Notes under the pieces: generated by a model
What the model was told of the DNA's origin: nothing
The model's database searches: none
Seen by the model: only the letters and a program-made list of their open reading frames with translations
In this document: one piece after another, positions 18,692 through 29,100 of the stretch
How positions within the stretch are numbered: the first letter of the stretch is position 1
Layout: every line of letters starts with the position of its first letter
Origin: Sedimentisphaerales bacterium
GTDB lineage: Bacteria > Planctomycetota > Phycisphaerae > Sedimentisphaerales > Anaerobacaceae
Assembly (NCBI GenBank): GCA_040772485.1
Contig: JAXGYC010000008.1
Location: 64,001-128,000 of the forward strand
Direction of reading: 5' to 3'
DNA length: 64,000 nt
Made by a program: the position numbers and the translations under genes

Positions 18692-19876
18692 ATGAGAGAA
18701 CACAGCAGAACACGTATCCTCCAAGTCGCCGTGGCCCTGGCGGCGACGCTGGTGATGGCGGCGGGTTGCCACAGCTTCTCAAAGCCTGCCGAGAAGAAGT
18801 ATAACGTGGTGGCCTATGTCGCCGGTTATCGTGATTTCGATTTCTCCACCATCCAGGCCGACAAGATCACGCACATCAACTATGCCTTCGTCAACGTGGT
18901 TGACGGCCAGGTGCACTTCGACACCAGCATCGACAACACGCCTTTGAAGAAGGACGACATCTTCAAACTGCACGCCCTGAAGAAGACCAACCCTGACCTC
19001 AAGGTGCTGGTCTCCGTGGGCGGCTGGACCTGGTCGGGGGGCTTTTCCGACGCCGCGTTGACGGAGGATTCCCGGCGCAGGTTTGCCGCCGGTGCGGCCG
19101 CGTTCGTCGACGCCTACGATCTCGATGGCATCGATCTCGACTGGGAATACCCCAACAGCCCCGGCGCCGGCAACGTCTACCGGCCCCAGGATGTGCAGAA
19201 CTTCACGCTACTGCTTCAAGCCGTGCGCGAGGAGTTGGACAAACTGTCCGCCCGGAAGCCGGACCACACACACTACCTGCTGACGATTGCGACGGGTGCG
19301 AATCAACACTACGTCGACAACACCGAGCTGGGCAAGCTCTGTCGCTACCTCGATTTCCTGAACATCATGACCTACGATTTCTACCATGGCGGGGACCATC
19401 GCACGGGACATCACAGCAACTTCCGGCCGTCTTCGTCGCCGGAGCGGGACAAGAACAGCATCGTCCACGCCGTCGATCTGCACATCCAAGCGGGTGTTCC
19501 GCCGCACAAGATCAACCTGGGGATCCCCTTTTATGGCCGCAAGTGGGCGGGGGTCAAGAGCGGCGAGAATCACGGCCTGTTCCAGGAGGCCGAGTCCGTC
19601 GGCGACATCGTTTTCTACCGCCAGATTGTGCCGTGCCTGCGCGACGACGCTTATCAGCAGCACTGGGACGAGGCGGCCCAGGCCCCGTATCTGTGGAATC
19701 CCGAAGAAGCGATCTTCATCTCCTACGAGAACGCCCGGTCCATGACCGCCAAGGTCCAGTATCTCAAGGCCAAGGGCTTGGGCGGAGTTATGTTCTGGGA
19801 GTACAGCGACGACTATAACGGCGAGTTGCTCGGCGCTCTCGATCGAGCTCTGGCCGGCGCAGGCGATACTCCTTGA
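18692..19876 (+). CDS. GH18 chitinase-family glycoside hydrolase, lipoprotein
   Basis: Lipobox AAG|C; THINYAF, SVGGWTWS, catalytic DGIDLDWEYP, MTYDF, GGVMFWEY. Confidence 0.92.
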   Translation: MREHSRTRILQVAVALAATLVMAAGCHSFSKPAEKKYNVVAYVAGYRDFDFSTIQADKITHINYAFVNVVDGQVHFDTSIDNTPLKKDDIFKLHALKKTNPDLKVLVSVGGWTWSGGFSDAALTEDSRRRFAAGAAAFVDAYDLDGIDLDWEYPNSPGAGNVYRPQDVQNFTLLLQAVREELDKLSARKPDHTHYLLTIATGANQHYVDNTELGKLCRYLDFLNIMTYDFYHGGDHRTGHHSNFRPSSSPERDKNSIVHAVDLHIQAGVPPHKINLGIPFYGRKWAGVKSGENHGLFQEAESVGDIVFYRQIVPCLRDDAYQQHWDEAAQAPYLWNPEEAIFISYENARSMTAKVQYLKAKGLGGVMFWEYSDDYNGELLGALDRALAGAGDTP

Positions 19877-19946
19877 ACGACCGGCGGCTGCCTCAGAGGG
19901 ATGACCTATCCTGTCTGGGTGCGCTTCAGGTTAGATCGTAGCGCAG

Positions 19947-20606
19947 TCACCCGTCGCGCTCGATTGTCCCATTCCGCAGATGGATGGTTCGGGTGGCGAG
20001 TTCCTGTGCGGCCGGACCATGCGTCGCGATGACGACGGTCCCACCGGCGCGATGGAAATCGCGAAGGTGACCGAGCACGGACGCGGCGCTGTCGGGATCG
20101 AGATTGCCCGTCGGTTCGTCGGCAAGAATCACCTTTGGCCGGTTCAGCAGAGCTCTGGCCATCGCGGCCCGCTGCCTTTCGCCCGTGCTCAACTGGGCCG
20201 GTCTGTGGTCCATGCGATGCTGCAAGCCAAGCCGTTGCAGAAGCTCCCTTGCACGGCCGCCATCGCGGCCTCCGACCGCGCCGCCTGCCAGAAGGACATT
20301 CTCAAGGACGTTCAGATACGGCACAAGATGGAACATCTGAAACACGAATCCGATGTTCCTTGCCCGAAATATCGCTCGCTCGGAGCCGGCCATCCCGTAG
20401 ATGTCCTGCTCCTCGAATCGCACCGTTCCCGCACTCGGGCGGAGCATAGCCGCAATCGTCATCAGCAGGGTCGTCTTGCCGCTGCCGCTCGGCCCGCACA
20501 CGGCAACGAACTGGTCCTTGTCGATTCGCAGGCTGACACCATCGAGCGCTTTCACCTCGCCGTTCGGCGTCCTGTAGGTCTTGGTCACGTCCTGGCATTG
20601 CAGCAT
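19947..20606 (-). CDS. ABC transporter ATP-binding protein (LolD/MacB type)
   Basis: Walker A GPSGSGKT, GFVFQMFHL, LSTGERQR, LADEPTGNLD. Confidence 0.93.
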   Translation of the reverse strand: MLQCQDVTKTYRTPNGEVKALDGVSLRIDKDQFVAVCGPSGSGKTTLLMTIAAMLRPSAGTVRFEEQDIYGMAGSERAIFRARNIGFVFQMFHLVPYLNVLENVLLAGGAVGGRDGGRARELLQRLGLQHRMDHRPAQLSTGERQRAAMARALLNRPKVILADEPTGNLDPDSAASVLGHLRDFHRAGGTVVIATHGPAAQELATRTIHLRNGTIERDG

Positions 20607-20608
20607 AA

Positions 20609-21754
20609 CTACTCCTCCCTCAATGCCTCCGCGGGATCGCAGGTGATCGCGATCATGGTTGGTATGAGGCTGGCGACGATGGCGAACAGCGGCGCGAGAA
20701 TGCAGGCGAAGACCAGCAACGACGGCTCCCAGCGAATCATCGCCTTGGCCGTGATCTCAAAAACGCCCGGACCGTACGCAAGGCCCAGGGTCGTCCCGAG
20801 GAGAAAGCCCACGCCCGCTCCGACCAGGCCCACCAGCACCGCCTTGCCGAGGAACAACAAACTGACGGCCCCCGCGTCGTATCCGAGGGCCCGCAACAGG
20901 CCGATCTCCTGCTGCCTGTCCCGGACGTTCATGGCGGCCAGCACGCCGATCCATACCGCACAGGCCGCGACGACAAACGGCAGCATCAGGGCAAAGATGC
21001 CGTGAACCATCTGCCTTTGTTTCGCCCGGGCGTTCGCAAGGGCCTTGACCTGAAGCACCTGGGCCTCGGGCAGTATGGCGCCGATCTCCTTCCTGAGCAC
21101 GGCGACTGGATCGCCCTTCTCGAAACACAGACAATCGACGGCCTTGATCCCGGTGATGCGTCCCGGCTGATTCAGGATTTCCTGGGCATCGCCGAGGCTG
21201 CACTGCATCCTCACATCGTCCAGCCCGCCGGACTCCGAAAGGCACTTCTTGACCTTCAGATCCTTGCCCCCCAGGGAGATCGTCTGGCCGTCTTTCACTT
21301 GCAGACTTTCGGCGATGCGGTATCCCACGTAGACCGCACCCGGGTCGACCTGAAACGTCATGGGCGGCTTCTTCTGCCCCGGCGGACATACCTCCGGGGC
21401 AATCCCCGTCAGGACGATGTCCATGCCGCGCCAATTCATCCTGCCTTCCAGGGTGGCCAGAAGGTGGTTGTAGGAAATGCTCCGCTGGACCGCGAGTTTG
21501 TCCAGGTAGTCCGCGGGCATCGTCTTGTCGGGAATCCCGTTGAGGAGGAAGGCGCCGGCGTCCGCATCCTTAGCGATGATGTGCACGTTGTAGCCCATCG
21601 AAAGCATCAGCCGGGCCGTCTCCCGCTCCGAGGCCTTCGCCGCCGTGAAGAACGCCACGGAAAAAGCCACCGCCGTCGTGACCGCGAGCACCGCAAGCAC
21701 GAAATTGACCTTGCGATGCCAAATCTCCTTCAACACCATTCGAATCACAGCCAT
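20609..21754 (-). CDS. FtsX/MacB-like ABC permease
   Basis: N-terminal TM, large periplasmic loop, NVRDRQQEIGLLRALG, three C-terminal TMs, DPAEALRE. Confidence 0.88.
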   Translation of the reverse strand: MAVIRMVLKEIWHRKVNFVLAVLAVTTAVAFSVAFFTAAKASERETARLMLSMGYNVHIIAKDADAGAFLLNGIPDKTMPADYLDKLAVQRSISYNHLLATLEGRMNWRGMDIVLTGIAPEVCPPGQKKPPMTFQVDPGAVYVGYRIAESLQVKDGQTISLGGKDLKVKKCLSESGGLDDVRMQCSLGDAQEILNQPGRITGIKAVDCLCFEKGDPVAVLRKEIGAILPEAQVLQVKALANARAKQRQMVHGIFALMLPFVVAACAVWIGVLAAMNVRDRQQEIGLLRALGYDAGAVSLLFLGKAVLVGLVGAGVGFLLGTTLGLAYGPGVFEITAKAMIRWEPSLLVFACILAPLFAIVASLIPTMIAITCDPAEALREE

Positions 21755-21761
21755 ATGTGTC

Positions 21762-22946
21762 TCAATCCCTTTTCGCTCGCCATAGAATCACCACCGATAT
21801 TGCCGCGACCAGTGCAACCATCCCCCCGAACGAGATCGCCAGGATCAGGCCTCCGGTGTGGGGCGGTTCGCCATCCACGAGGTCCGCTGCGGGCCCGAGG
21901 GTCCCATTGTTGAATCCGGCAGCGGAGGCGTGCGATGAACCCGCTGGCTCGCCCCCGACTTCGATCTCTTGATAGCCGAACGGCGCGCCGGGATCGCCGA
22001 GTCCGCCCATGCCGCGACGGACGATGGACACCATCTCCATCTTCACCATGGGACTTTCCGGGTCGAAACCGAGGCTCGTCGCCACTTTCTGTTGAAGGCT
22101 CTGGTCCCACCGAGCCGGCAACATGGTGCCCTGGAGCCATCGATGGTCAAGGCCGCACTCGCAGTCGGCCCCGATGATCGAAAGAACGCGCAGGAGATTC
22201 GCATCGGTAAGCAACTCGCCTTTGAACAGCGGCCCGATCCACCGGCCCCGACCGTAGAAGACCGCCGCACACGGCTCGTTGATATCCTCCGGTTTCAGGC
22301 CCAGCGTCCAGAGCAGTATGTCCTCGCCGGCCAGAGACGATCGATCGAGCACGACCATCTCGGGACCTCTGGCGATTGCCTTGGGCAGGAATTCCAGTTG
22401 CTCGCCGACATACGAAATCGCATCGGAGACCGCCGCTCGGGCCGCAGCGTTTCGATCCTCCTGGAGTCCCTCGATCAGGAGCACGACCGCATAGCTGTCC
22501 GCCGCCTTCTCGAGGATCTGTCGGCGCGTCGGAGAATCGAGCGCCGCCTCCAACGACAAGGAAACCGCCTCCGTAAGCGATGGGGCATCGGCGGGCAAAG
22601 GCAGCCGCCGGGAGGGACCGTCCGGCGACACCATGACGGCGGCAGGGTAGCTGTCGATCCCATGCGCCGAAAGGAAACGCGAGGCCGGATGGTTCGCATC
22701 GACCCCCGCCGGAACGGGCTCGCAACGGATGTTCGTGTCGACAGAGGCAACATCCAGCGCGTTCTTCAGATCATCAATCTCCCCCGCCCCAACTGCCTGA
22801 GGGACGTATACGAAGAGGCGGTACGGCTCAACCTCAACGTCGATAAAGCCGATTTCTCGAACGTTGTATCGGCAGGCACGCGCCGGATCGACGCACGCGG
22901 CCAGGACACACAAGACAGCCAGATTCCACCACACCAATCGTGTCAC
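21762..22946 (-). CDS. Hypothetical exported protein with C-terminal membrane anchor and CxC motif
   Basis: GTG at 22946 after SD AGGAG; signal peptide ending ARA|CRYNVRE; FYGRGR, DCECG; hydrophobic C-terminal helix followed by RAKRD. Confidence 0.7.
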   Translation of the reverse strand: MTRLVWWNLAVLCVLAACVDPARACRYNVREIGFIDVEVEPYRLFVYVPQAVGAGEIDDLKNALDVASVDTNIRCEPVPAGVDANHPASRFLSAHGIDSYPAAVMVSPDGPSRRLPLPADAPSLTEAVSLSLEAALDSPTRRQILEKAADSYAVVLLIEGLQEDRNAAARAAVSDAISYVGEQLEFLPKAIARGPEMVVLDRSSLAGEDILLWTLGLKPEDINEPCAAVFYGRGRWIGPLFKGELLTDANLLRVLSIIGADCECGLDHRWLQGTMLPARWDQSLQQKVATSLGFDPESPMVKMEMVSIVRRGMGGLGDPGAPFGYQEIEVGGEPAGSSHASAAGFNNGTLGPAADLVDGEPPHTGGLILAISFGGMVALVAAISVVILWRAKRD

Positions 22947-22980
22947 CGAATGCTCCTGCAAGACATACCACCCATCCACG

Positions 22981-25900
22981 CTACCGGCCCTGCCCGACCA
23001 TTCTAACGGAACCGAAACAGAGGACGCGTCCATCGATCAGCGTCACGATCGCCCGGCCGGCGCTGTCCAGGGCAAGGCCCCAGGGAACAGGCGTCGCGGG
23101 CAGCGGCTGCTTCCATTGGATCGCGCCGTGAATCGGGTCCATGGCGATCAATTCCCTGTCCGTCGCCAGCAGAACGGCGTTCCGGCAGACCGCCATGGCC
23201 TGCGCCTTTGCGAACTCAAGAGACCATGCGGGCCTGGTCGAGGGGGCCAGCCGGCCCCAGTTGACCTCGAACCGATTGCCTGGATTGGCCGCGTTGCGCG
23301 CCAGAGTCGCGCGGTCAAAATCACGGAATCCCATCACCTGATGCCCGGCCGCATTCGAGGCCCATACGACAGACGTGTTGCCGGCCGAGGCCAGGAAGGC
23401 CCTGCTGAACACAGTGACATCATAAACGTCGTACGCGGGATGGCCGTAGAACGGCTTTCCACAGGCAACCACCTGGTCCCCCAGCACCGACAGTTCCCAG
23501 CCGCGCGGACTGCGCGAGAAGCACTCTGCCAACTGCGCCGAATCGTTCAGGCATTCGCCGGTCGCCGCGTCGTAGACCGCGGGCGAGATCGACGTCCCGC
23601 CGGACAGATAGAGCTTTCCACCGCGCAGCAGCAGATGTCCCTGGACGCTCACGCCGGTCCGGGCCTGGGGATCAAGGTGGCCCGACGTGCCGTTCTGCCA
23701 CTTCACCGCTCCCGTCCGCGCGTCGAGGGCATACACGTATGTGCCGTCATAGTTGGCAATCCCGGCGGCGGCATAGGCGGTGCCACCCTCGACGAGCACA
23801 CCGGCCGCCACCGGCCACGTGGACATCAGCGTGCCATAGACGGGAATCAGACGCTCGGTCGGGGCCGCGCGAAACCGCCAGAGCAATCGGCCGGACTTCG
23901 CCTCGAAGCAGTACACCCAGCCATCGCCGGACCCGACGTAGGCCCGCCCTTCCCAAATCGTCGGCGGCATGCGGATCGCCCCTCCGGTGTAGCCCTTCCA
24001 TACGGCGGTCCCCAGCGAGGCATTGATGGCGCGCACGACACCGTCGGTCCCGCCGACAAAGACCAGTCCGCCGGCGGCCACGGGCGCAGTGATGCGAGGA
24101 AGGCCCGGAACCGTGGAGACGCCGAGGTCGAAATCCCAGAGCGGCCCCGGTCGCTCGGCTACCCTGCCCGAGGTGGAGGCGCTGCAGGCATTGTCCGCCC
24201 GGAAGGTCGGCCAATCGGCAGGATGATCCACCAGAGGGGCTACCTGTGATTCCGAGTCCTTGCCTCGTTCAAGCCGCGCTGTCTCCGTGGCATCGGGCGC
24301 AAAATCAAATTCACCCGCCGGCGCCAGACACGTGACGCCATACAGGGTCAACTGGCAATCGCACACCGAGGGCCACCAGTACAACAGACCATTGGAGACA
24401 GTCACGCCCTCCTGGCAGACCGGTCGCATCGGGGAGATCCAGCCCGGGCGATTCGAGGCCAGGTCCAACCGGACGGAGCCGCCCTCGGCGCGGAAGAAGA
24501 TCGCGTCGGACGCGCCGGTCGGGCGGGTACACGCCCGGCGAGGCTTGTCGATTTCCGCCAGCACCTTGCCGGTGAGCGGGTCGAACTTCAGGCTCGGGTG
24601 TTTGTCGATCTGGCCGCTGATGCCGTAGAGCCCATCCTCGCGAAGGACAAGCTGGAAGTTACTGTAGGGATGCTCCCAGAGAATGCTGCCATCCACGGCG
24701 GAGACGGCCAGCAGCTTGCCAATGGGCGGGCCGGCGAAATAGAGGGCCTTGTCGCTGCACTTAAGATAGCAGGCGGTTCGCCAGTTCGTCCGCCAGTCCT
24801 GGCGATTCTGGTACTCGCCGAGCGACCGGAACAATTCCGGAGCGTTCTGCGGGGTGCTGCGCCAAAGCTCCCTGCCGTTGCCGGCATCGAGGCCCGCGAG
24901 ATAGCTGCCGAATCGAAAGACGTAAATGCGACCGTGGCTCATGCAGATGGCCCGGCCGTCAATAGGCTCACTCTCGCGATGGCTCCAGAGGACGTCTTTC
25001 GTCTTGAGGTCGATGGCCAGAACGTTGCGGCCGAAGCCCCAGGGATGCTCCGGCTGGTTCCACCCTTCCGAGATGGGGTCCCAAGGCCAGCCGTGTTTGT
25101 CGAGTTTCCATCGCTTCGTGGAGTCGGCCTGCTCCTGCTCGCCGATCATGGCGTACAGGATGCCGTCCTCGATCGCCATCCACTTCCAGAACGTGCCGCC
25201 CGCCTTCTCCACGGGCGGAACGATCTCATTTAGCACCTTGCCGGTGGCAGTGTCGATGACCTTGCACGACTTGTTGTCGCCGATGTAGAGTGCGGCGGGC
25301 GTCGCCACCATCGTGTTGCGATGGATCATGACGCCTTCGGGAAGCTCTCGCTGCCAGAGGATCGTGCCGTTGTACCCATTGAAGGCCACGAGCTTGTTCA
25401 GGAACGGCTCCTCGCGTTCTTTGAAGGCTACGTGCCCGAAGGCCTTGAACACCCGGCCGGCGGAGGTGACGCACACCTGCGGCAGCGGCGCATACCGGGG
25501 CTCGGCCAGAAACTGCGTCAGGTATGGGGCGACGATCACTTCATCGTTCGACTGCGGGTTGTTGTCGGGGCCGTGATAAGGGTGAGTCCAGTCATCCATG
25601 CCCGGCGGGATGGGTTTGGCGATTGTCCTGTCTGCAAACACGGCCTTGCCGCCCGGTCGAAGGACTCGCAGAATCTCCGCCTGGGGAAGATCCGGCGCGC
25701 CGAGAATCGCCGCGGCATCGGCCAGATTGTCGCCCAGATGCAGCCTGGTATCGCCTGCCGCGACGAACACGCGCGTCCCGAGGCAGCCTGCCTCGTCGAT
25801 CGTCTTGCGAGCCGACTCAAGATCCTCTGCCTTCGGGACGTGCAGATAGGTCAGCAAATCGCTCTCTCGGGCAATCGCAACGGCAAGTTCAGATGCCCGG

Positions 25901-26040
25901 TCGCCAACAACAACGCAGATTCCATGGGTGGCTCCCGCCGCGTTGACGACCTGGCCCGGAGATACGCCCGCCCAGACAGCGGACGGTATAGCCGACAGAA
26001 GGAATACCCCGAACAATCGAATGGTCTTTGTGCGATCCAT
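22981..26040 (-). CDS. Exported PQQ-like beta-propeller protein with N-terminal methyltransferase-like domain
   Basis: Signal peptide; LRVLRPGG; WTHPYHGPDNN; repeated A-x-D/N-x-x-x-G-x-x-x-W blade motifs; DWPTFRAD second propeller. Confidence 0.8.
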   Translation of the reverse strand: MDRTKTIRLFGVFLLSAIPSAVWAGVSPGQVVNAAGATHGICVVVGDRASELAVAIARESDLLTYLHVPKAEDLESARKTIDEAGCLGTRVFVAAGDTRLHLGDNLADAAAILGAPDLPQAEILRVLRPGGKAVFADRTIAKPIPPGMDDWTHPYHGPDNNPQSNDEVIVAPYLTQFLAEPRYAPLPQVCVTSAGRVFKAFGHVAFKEREEPFLNKLVAFNGYNGTILWQRELPEGVMIHRNTMVATPAALYIGDNKSCKVIDTATGKVLNEIVPPVEKAGGTFWKWMAIEDGILYAMIGEQEQADSTKRWKLDKHGWPWDPISEGWNQPEHPWGFGRNVLAIDLKTKDVLWSHRESEPIDGRAICMSHGRIYVFRFGSYLAGLDAGNGRELWRSTPQNAPELFRSLGEYQNRQDWRTNWRTACYLKCSDKALYFAGPPIGKLLAVSAVDGSILWEHPYSNFQLVLREDGLYGISGQIDKHPSLKFDPLTGKVLAEIDKPRRACTRPTGASDAIFFRAEGGSVRLDLASNRPGWISPMRPVCQEGVTVSNGLLYWWPSVCDCQLTLYGVTCLAPAGEFDFAPDATETARLERGKDSESQVAPLVDHPADWPTFRADNACSASTSGRVAERPGPLWDFDLGVSTVPGLPRITAPVAAGGLVFVGGTDGVVRAINASLGTAVWKGYTGGAIRMPPTIWEGRAYVGSGDGWVYCFEAKSGRLLWRFRAAPTERLIPVYGTLMSTWPVAAGVLVEGGTAYAAAGIANYDGTYVYALDARTGAVKWQNGTSGHLDPQARTGVSVQGHLLLRGGKLYLSGGTSISPAVYDAATGECLNDSAQLAECFSRSPRGWELSVLGDQVVACGKPFYGHPAYDVYDVTVFSRAFLASAGNTSVVWASNAAGHQVMGFRDFDRATLARNAANPGNRFEVNWGRLAPSTRPAWSLEFAKAQAMAVCRNAVLLATDRELIAMDPIHGAIQWKQPLPATPVPWGLALDSAGRAIVTLIDGRVLCFGSVRMVGQGR

Positions 26041-26107
26041 ACGCTGCCCTTTCACAGGTCACGGGGATTGCGTGGCAGACGTATCTTACCGCGTTTTGCG
26101 CACTGTG

Positions 26108-29100
26108 TCAAAGAGGCTGCTCGGCAACAATCTCGATCCCACAGAGGATCGTTTCGCTGCAGGCGTCAGTCGGCGTCAGCGAGATGGTCACGAAGTCGGA
26201 CGTTTGAATCCCCTTGAACGTCCTGACGATCCCCACGTTGGGAGACCCGGCCTCGGCGACAATGTCAAAATCCTCCAGCACGGTCTGTCCGTTCAGGGCA
26301 ACATCGAACCGCCGCTCTCCCGCCTTCTTGTTTTCGGGCTCCATGAAGTGCAGGCGCACCGTGTAGCTCCTCTGTGCGTCGGCCTGCTGTAGGATGGGCT
26401 TTAGCCCATGCTGAGATCCATCCGCATGGGCTAAAGCCCATCCTACCCCCCCTGCCATCCTGACGCGAACGGACCGCAGGCCCTTCGCCCCCGAGGCTTC
26501 GACCCATGGGATATCGCTGCGTCGCAGGCGCGACGAGTGGCGGCGGAACCATGACAGTTCCTCCGGCGCCACAGCCATATCCAGTTCGGCAGAACTCCCT
26601 CCGACAATTGGATACTCCAGCCAGAGCGTTCCATTCTCGGCTCGGCGGTCGCCCGGCGCACCGAGGTTGATGCCGACGCTCTGAATGGGGGCATCGCTCG
26701 GCTCGACTTTGCTGAATGTCCACATCTCCACGTCCGGCGTGTGGACCATCGCCAGCGAGGTCTGGTTCTGATAGCTGCAAGTGCACGTGCTCGTGTAGTC
26801 CGGCGCATTGAGAACGCCGTTGGCGACGATCAGATTGGATGTACATCCCGATCGGAACCCGCCGAAATTGCCGGTCCCACCGTCGTTACTGAGGTCGTAG
26901 TAACCCGCCGCGGCCGAGCGGAACGTCAGGAGGTTCTCGCTGGCAATCGCCGTGTTGCAGCCGTGGTTTCGCGCGTACTGCCAGGGTATCGGCTCGCCCG
27001 TCAGAGGATGCGGATACGTCCGCCGGCGGCCCGTCAGAAGATCGCAGGCGCTGCCCTGAGTCAAGACGGTGCCCCCGCGCAACATGCAGGGCCCGGAGTA
27101 ATCCATCCTCTCGTCCCAGAGAACCTCGCCCGTCCGGGCCCGAAAGGCCGCCATCCGGTCGCCGGGCTCCCAGAGCATATCGCCGGATTTGCGATAGGCC
27201 TGCACCAGAATGCCGAACGGCTCGGAGAAGCCCAGCCAGGTTCCAAAGACGCTGTCGCGGTTGTCCCAGACGACTCGGCCCGTGCGAAGGTCCATCGCCA
27301 GGAGCCGGCTCGTCTGACCGACCTCGGCGCCCTCGCGCGCATTTCGCTTCACGTACGGGGGCACCACATCGAGACAGAAGACCATGCCGCCCCCGGCGGC
27401 GATCCCGTTATGGATGAACCCATGGTCCGCCTCCACGCTCCACAGGACCTTGCCGTCGTAGCGGTTCATCACTATCAGGGTCCTGCTGGCGCTCCAATCG
27501 ACAAATGGAGCGGCCGCATCGGGTTTCTCGCCGGGAGGCTTGAGCAAAGGCGAATGCCGGACGAAACTCGCTCCGGCGATGAGATAGTCCTCGCAGACCC
27601 CAATGTAGGCCCAGCGTCGCGACCCTTGGCCCTCCTGGGCAGGCAATGGAAACACCTGTTGGGTCCGCCCGGTGGCCGGGTCCAGGACGTGACAGGCATC
27701 TTCCTGAATGACATAGATCCGGTCGGCCGTGGCGACGAAATTCGTGCCCCTGGCGTTGGCCCCGGGAATGTGGCCCTGGCCGTAGCCGAGGTAACGAAAG
27801 TCATGCTTGTAAGACGCGTCGTAGTATTCGCCGAAGGTCGACGCTGTGAGTGGCTTCTTCCACAAGACCCGGCCCGTGTAGACATCCCGCGCACTGAACG
27901 AATCGATCCCCTGGATGAACAGCCTTCCCCCGACGACCTGCTCGGGCGGACCATGTCCGTGCCTGGGCAGAACGTCGCCGAATCCCGCTTCCTCCCCGAA
28001 CCACAGTATACCCAGCGGAAGCCGGAGCTGGTCCTTCGAGCAAACGGTGTTGGCGACATCACCGTACTGGTGCGTCCAGTCGGCGGAACCCGGCACGGGC
28101 CCGCTGCGCTGGATAACAACGGCGCCTTTGGCAGTGTCCACCCTGAAACCTGGAAGCTCCGCATTGGCAAGCCGGCTGCATATGGCCAGTTGCTGCTCCT
28201 TGCCCGCTGCGATCCAAGCCACCCCGCTGTAGGGCCGAAGCAGTTCGCACATCGCGTCAATGCGGCGCGCATTCCCCTCGAGCCCGGCGGCCTTGAGATT
28301 CTCTACCACGACCAGCGAAGCGACGTACGGCGGCAGATCGGCGAAATCCACATCAGCGTGCAGGATAGAGACGCGCGATCCATAGAGGCCCACGCCATCC
28401 AGCCTCTTTCGCAGGGAGGCCACCTTCTCGGCATCCGGCTCGATGGCGATCACGTGCATCTGCGACTGACGCAGGAGTTCCGTGAGCAGGCGGCCGTTGC
28501 CAACCCCCAGCCACAGGCAGTACCCCTTCGCATCCACGCCTTGCGCGAGGATCTCCTTGACCCGTCCGGACTCGCTGCGAGGAGCCGGCCTCAGGCCATG
28601 GGCAATGCTCATGCGGCGAACGGGAGACCTTCTTGCGGCGCCGAAGCAGTACAAGTGCCCGTCCTGCGTGATCACGAAGAGCTTCCCATCGCCGGCGACC
28701 ATGTTCCACACGGGCCCGTGCACCCTGGCCCGCCAGACCGTTCGTGCCGGTTTGTCCCCCTCGGGCGCCTCAATGGCGGCGATCAGCCCCTCGTCGCTGC
28801 TGCCGTACAACCGACTGCCCGCCTTGATATGGATCCGATCGAGGGCCGGGTCGGTCTGGAACTTCCACACCGCTTGGGCGGCCAGCCGCGTTTTGGTCTT
28901 CTTATCCTTGGGATCGACCGTCTGTTCCTCCGCCAGCGTAGCGCCCACGATCTCGCCGGCCGCTCCGATCCCCACGACCGCATCGCCATCCATCACATCC
29001 GCCGCGATAGGCCCGAGGGCCAGACCATCCGAAAGCCGGTACGCCACGGCGTTATTGAAATACCAGTCCTTCCAGATCGACGCCCCGTAGCCACCGACGT

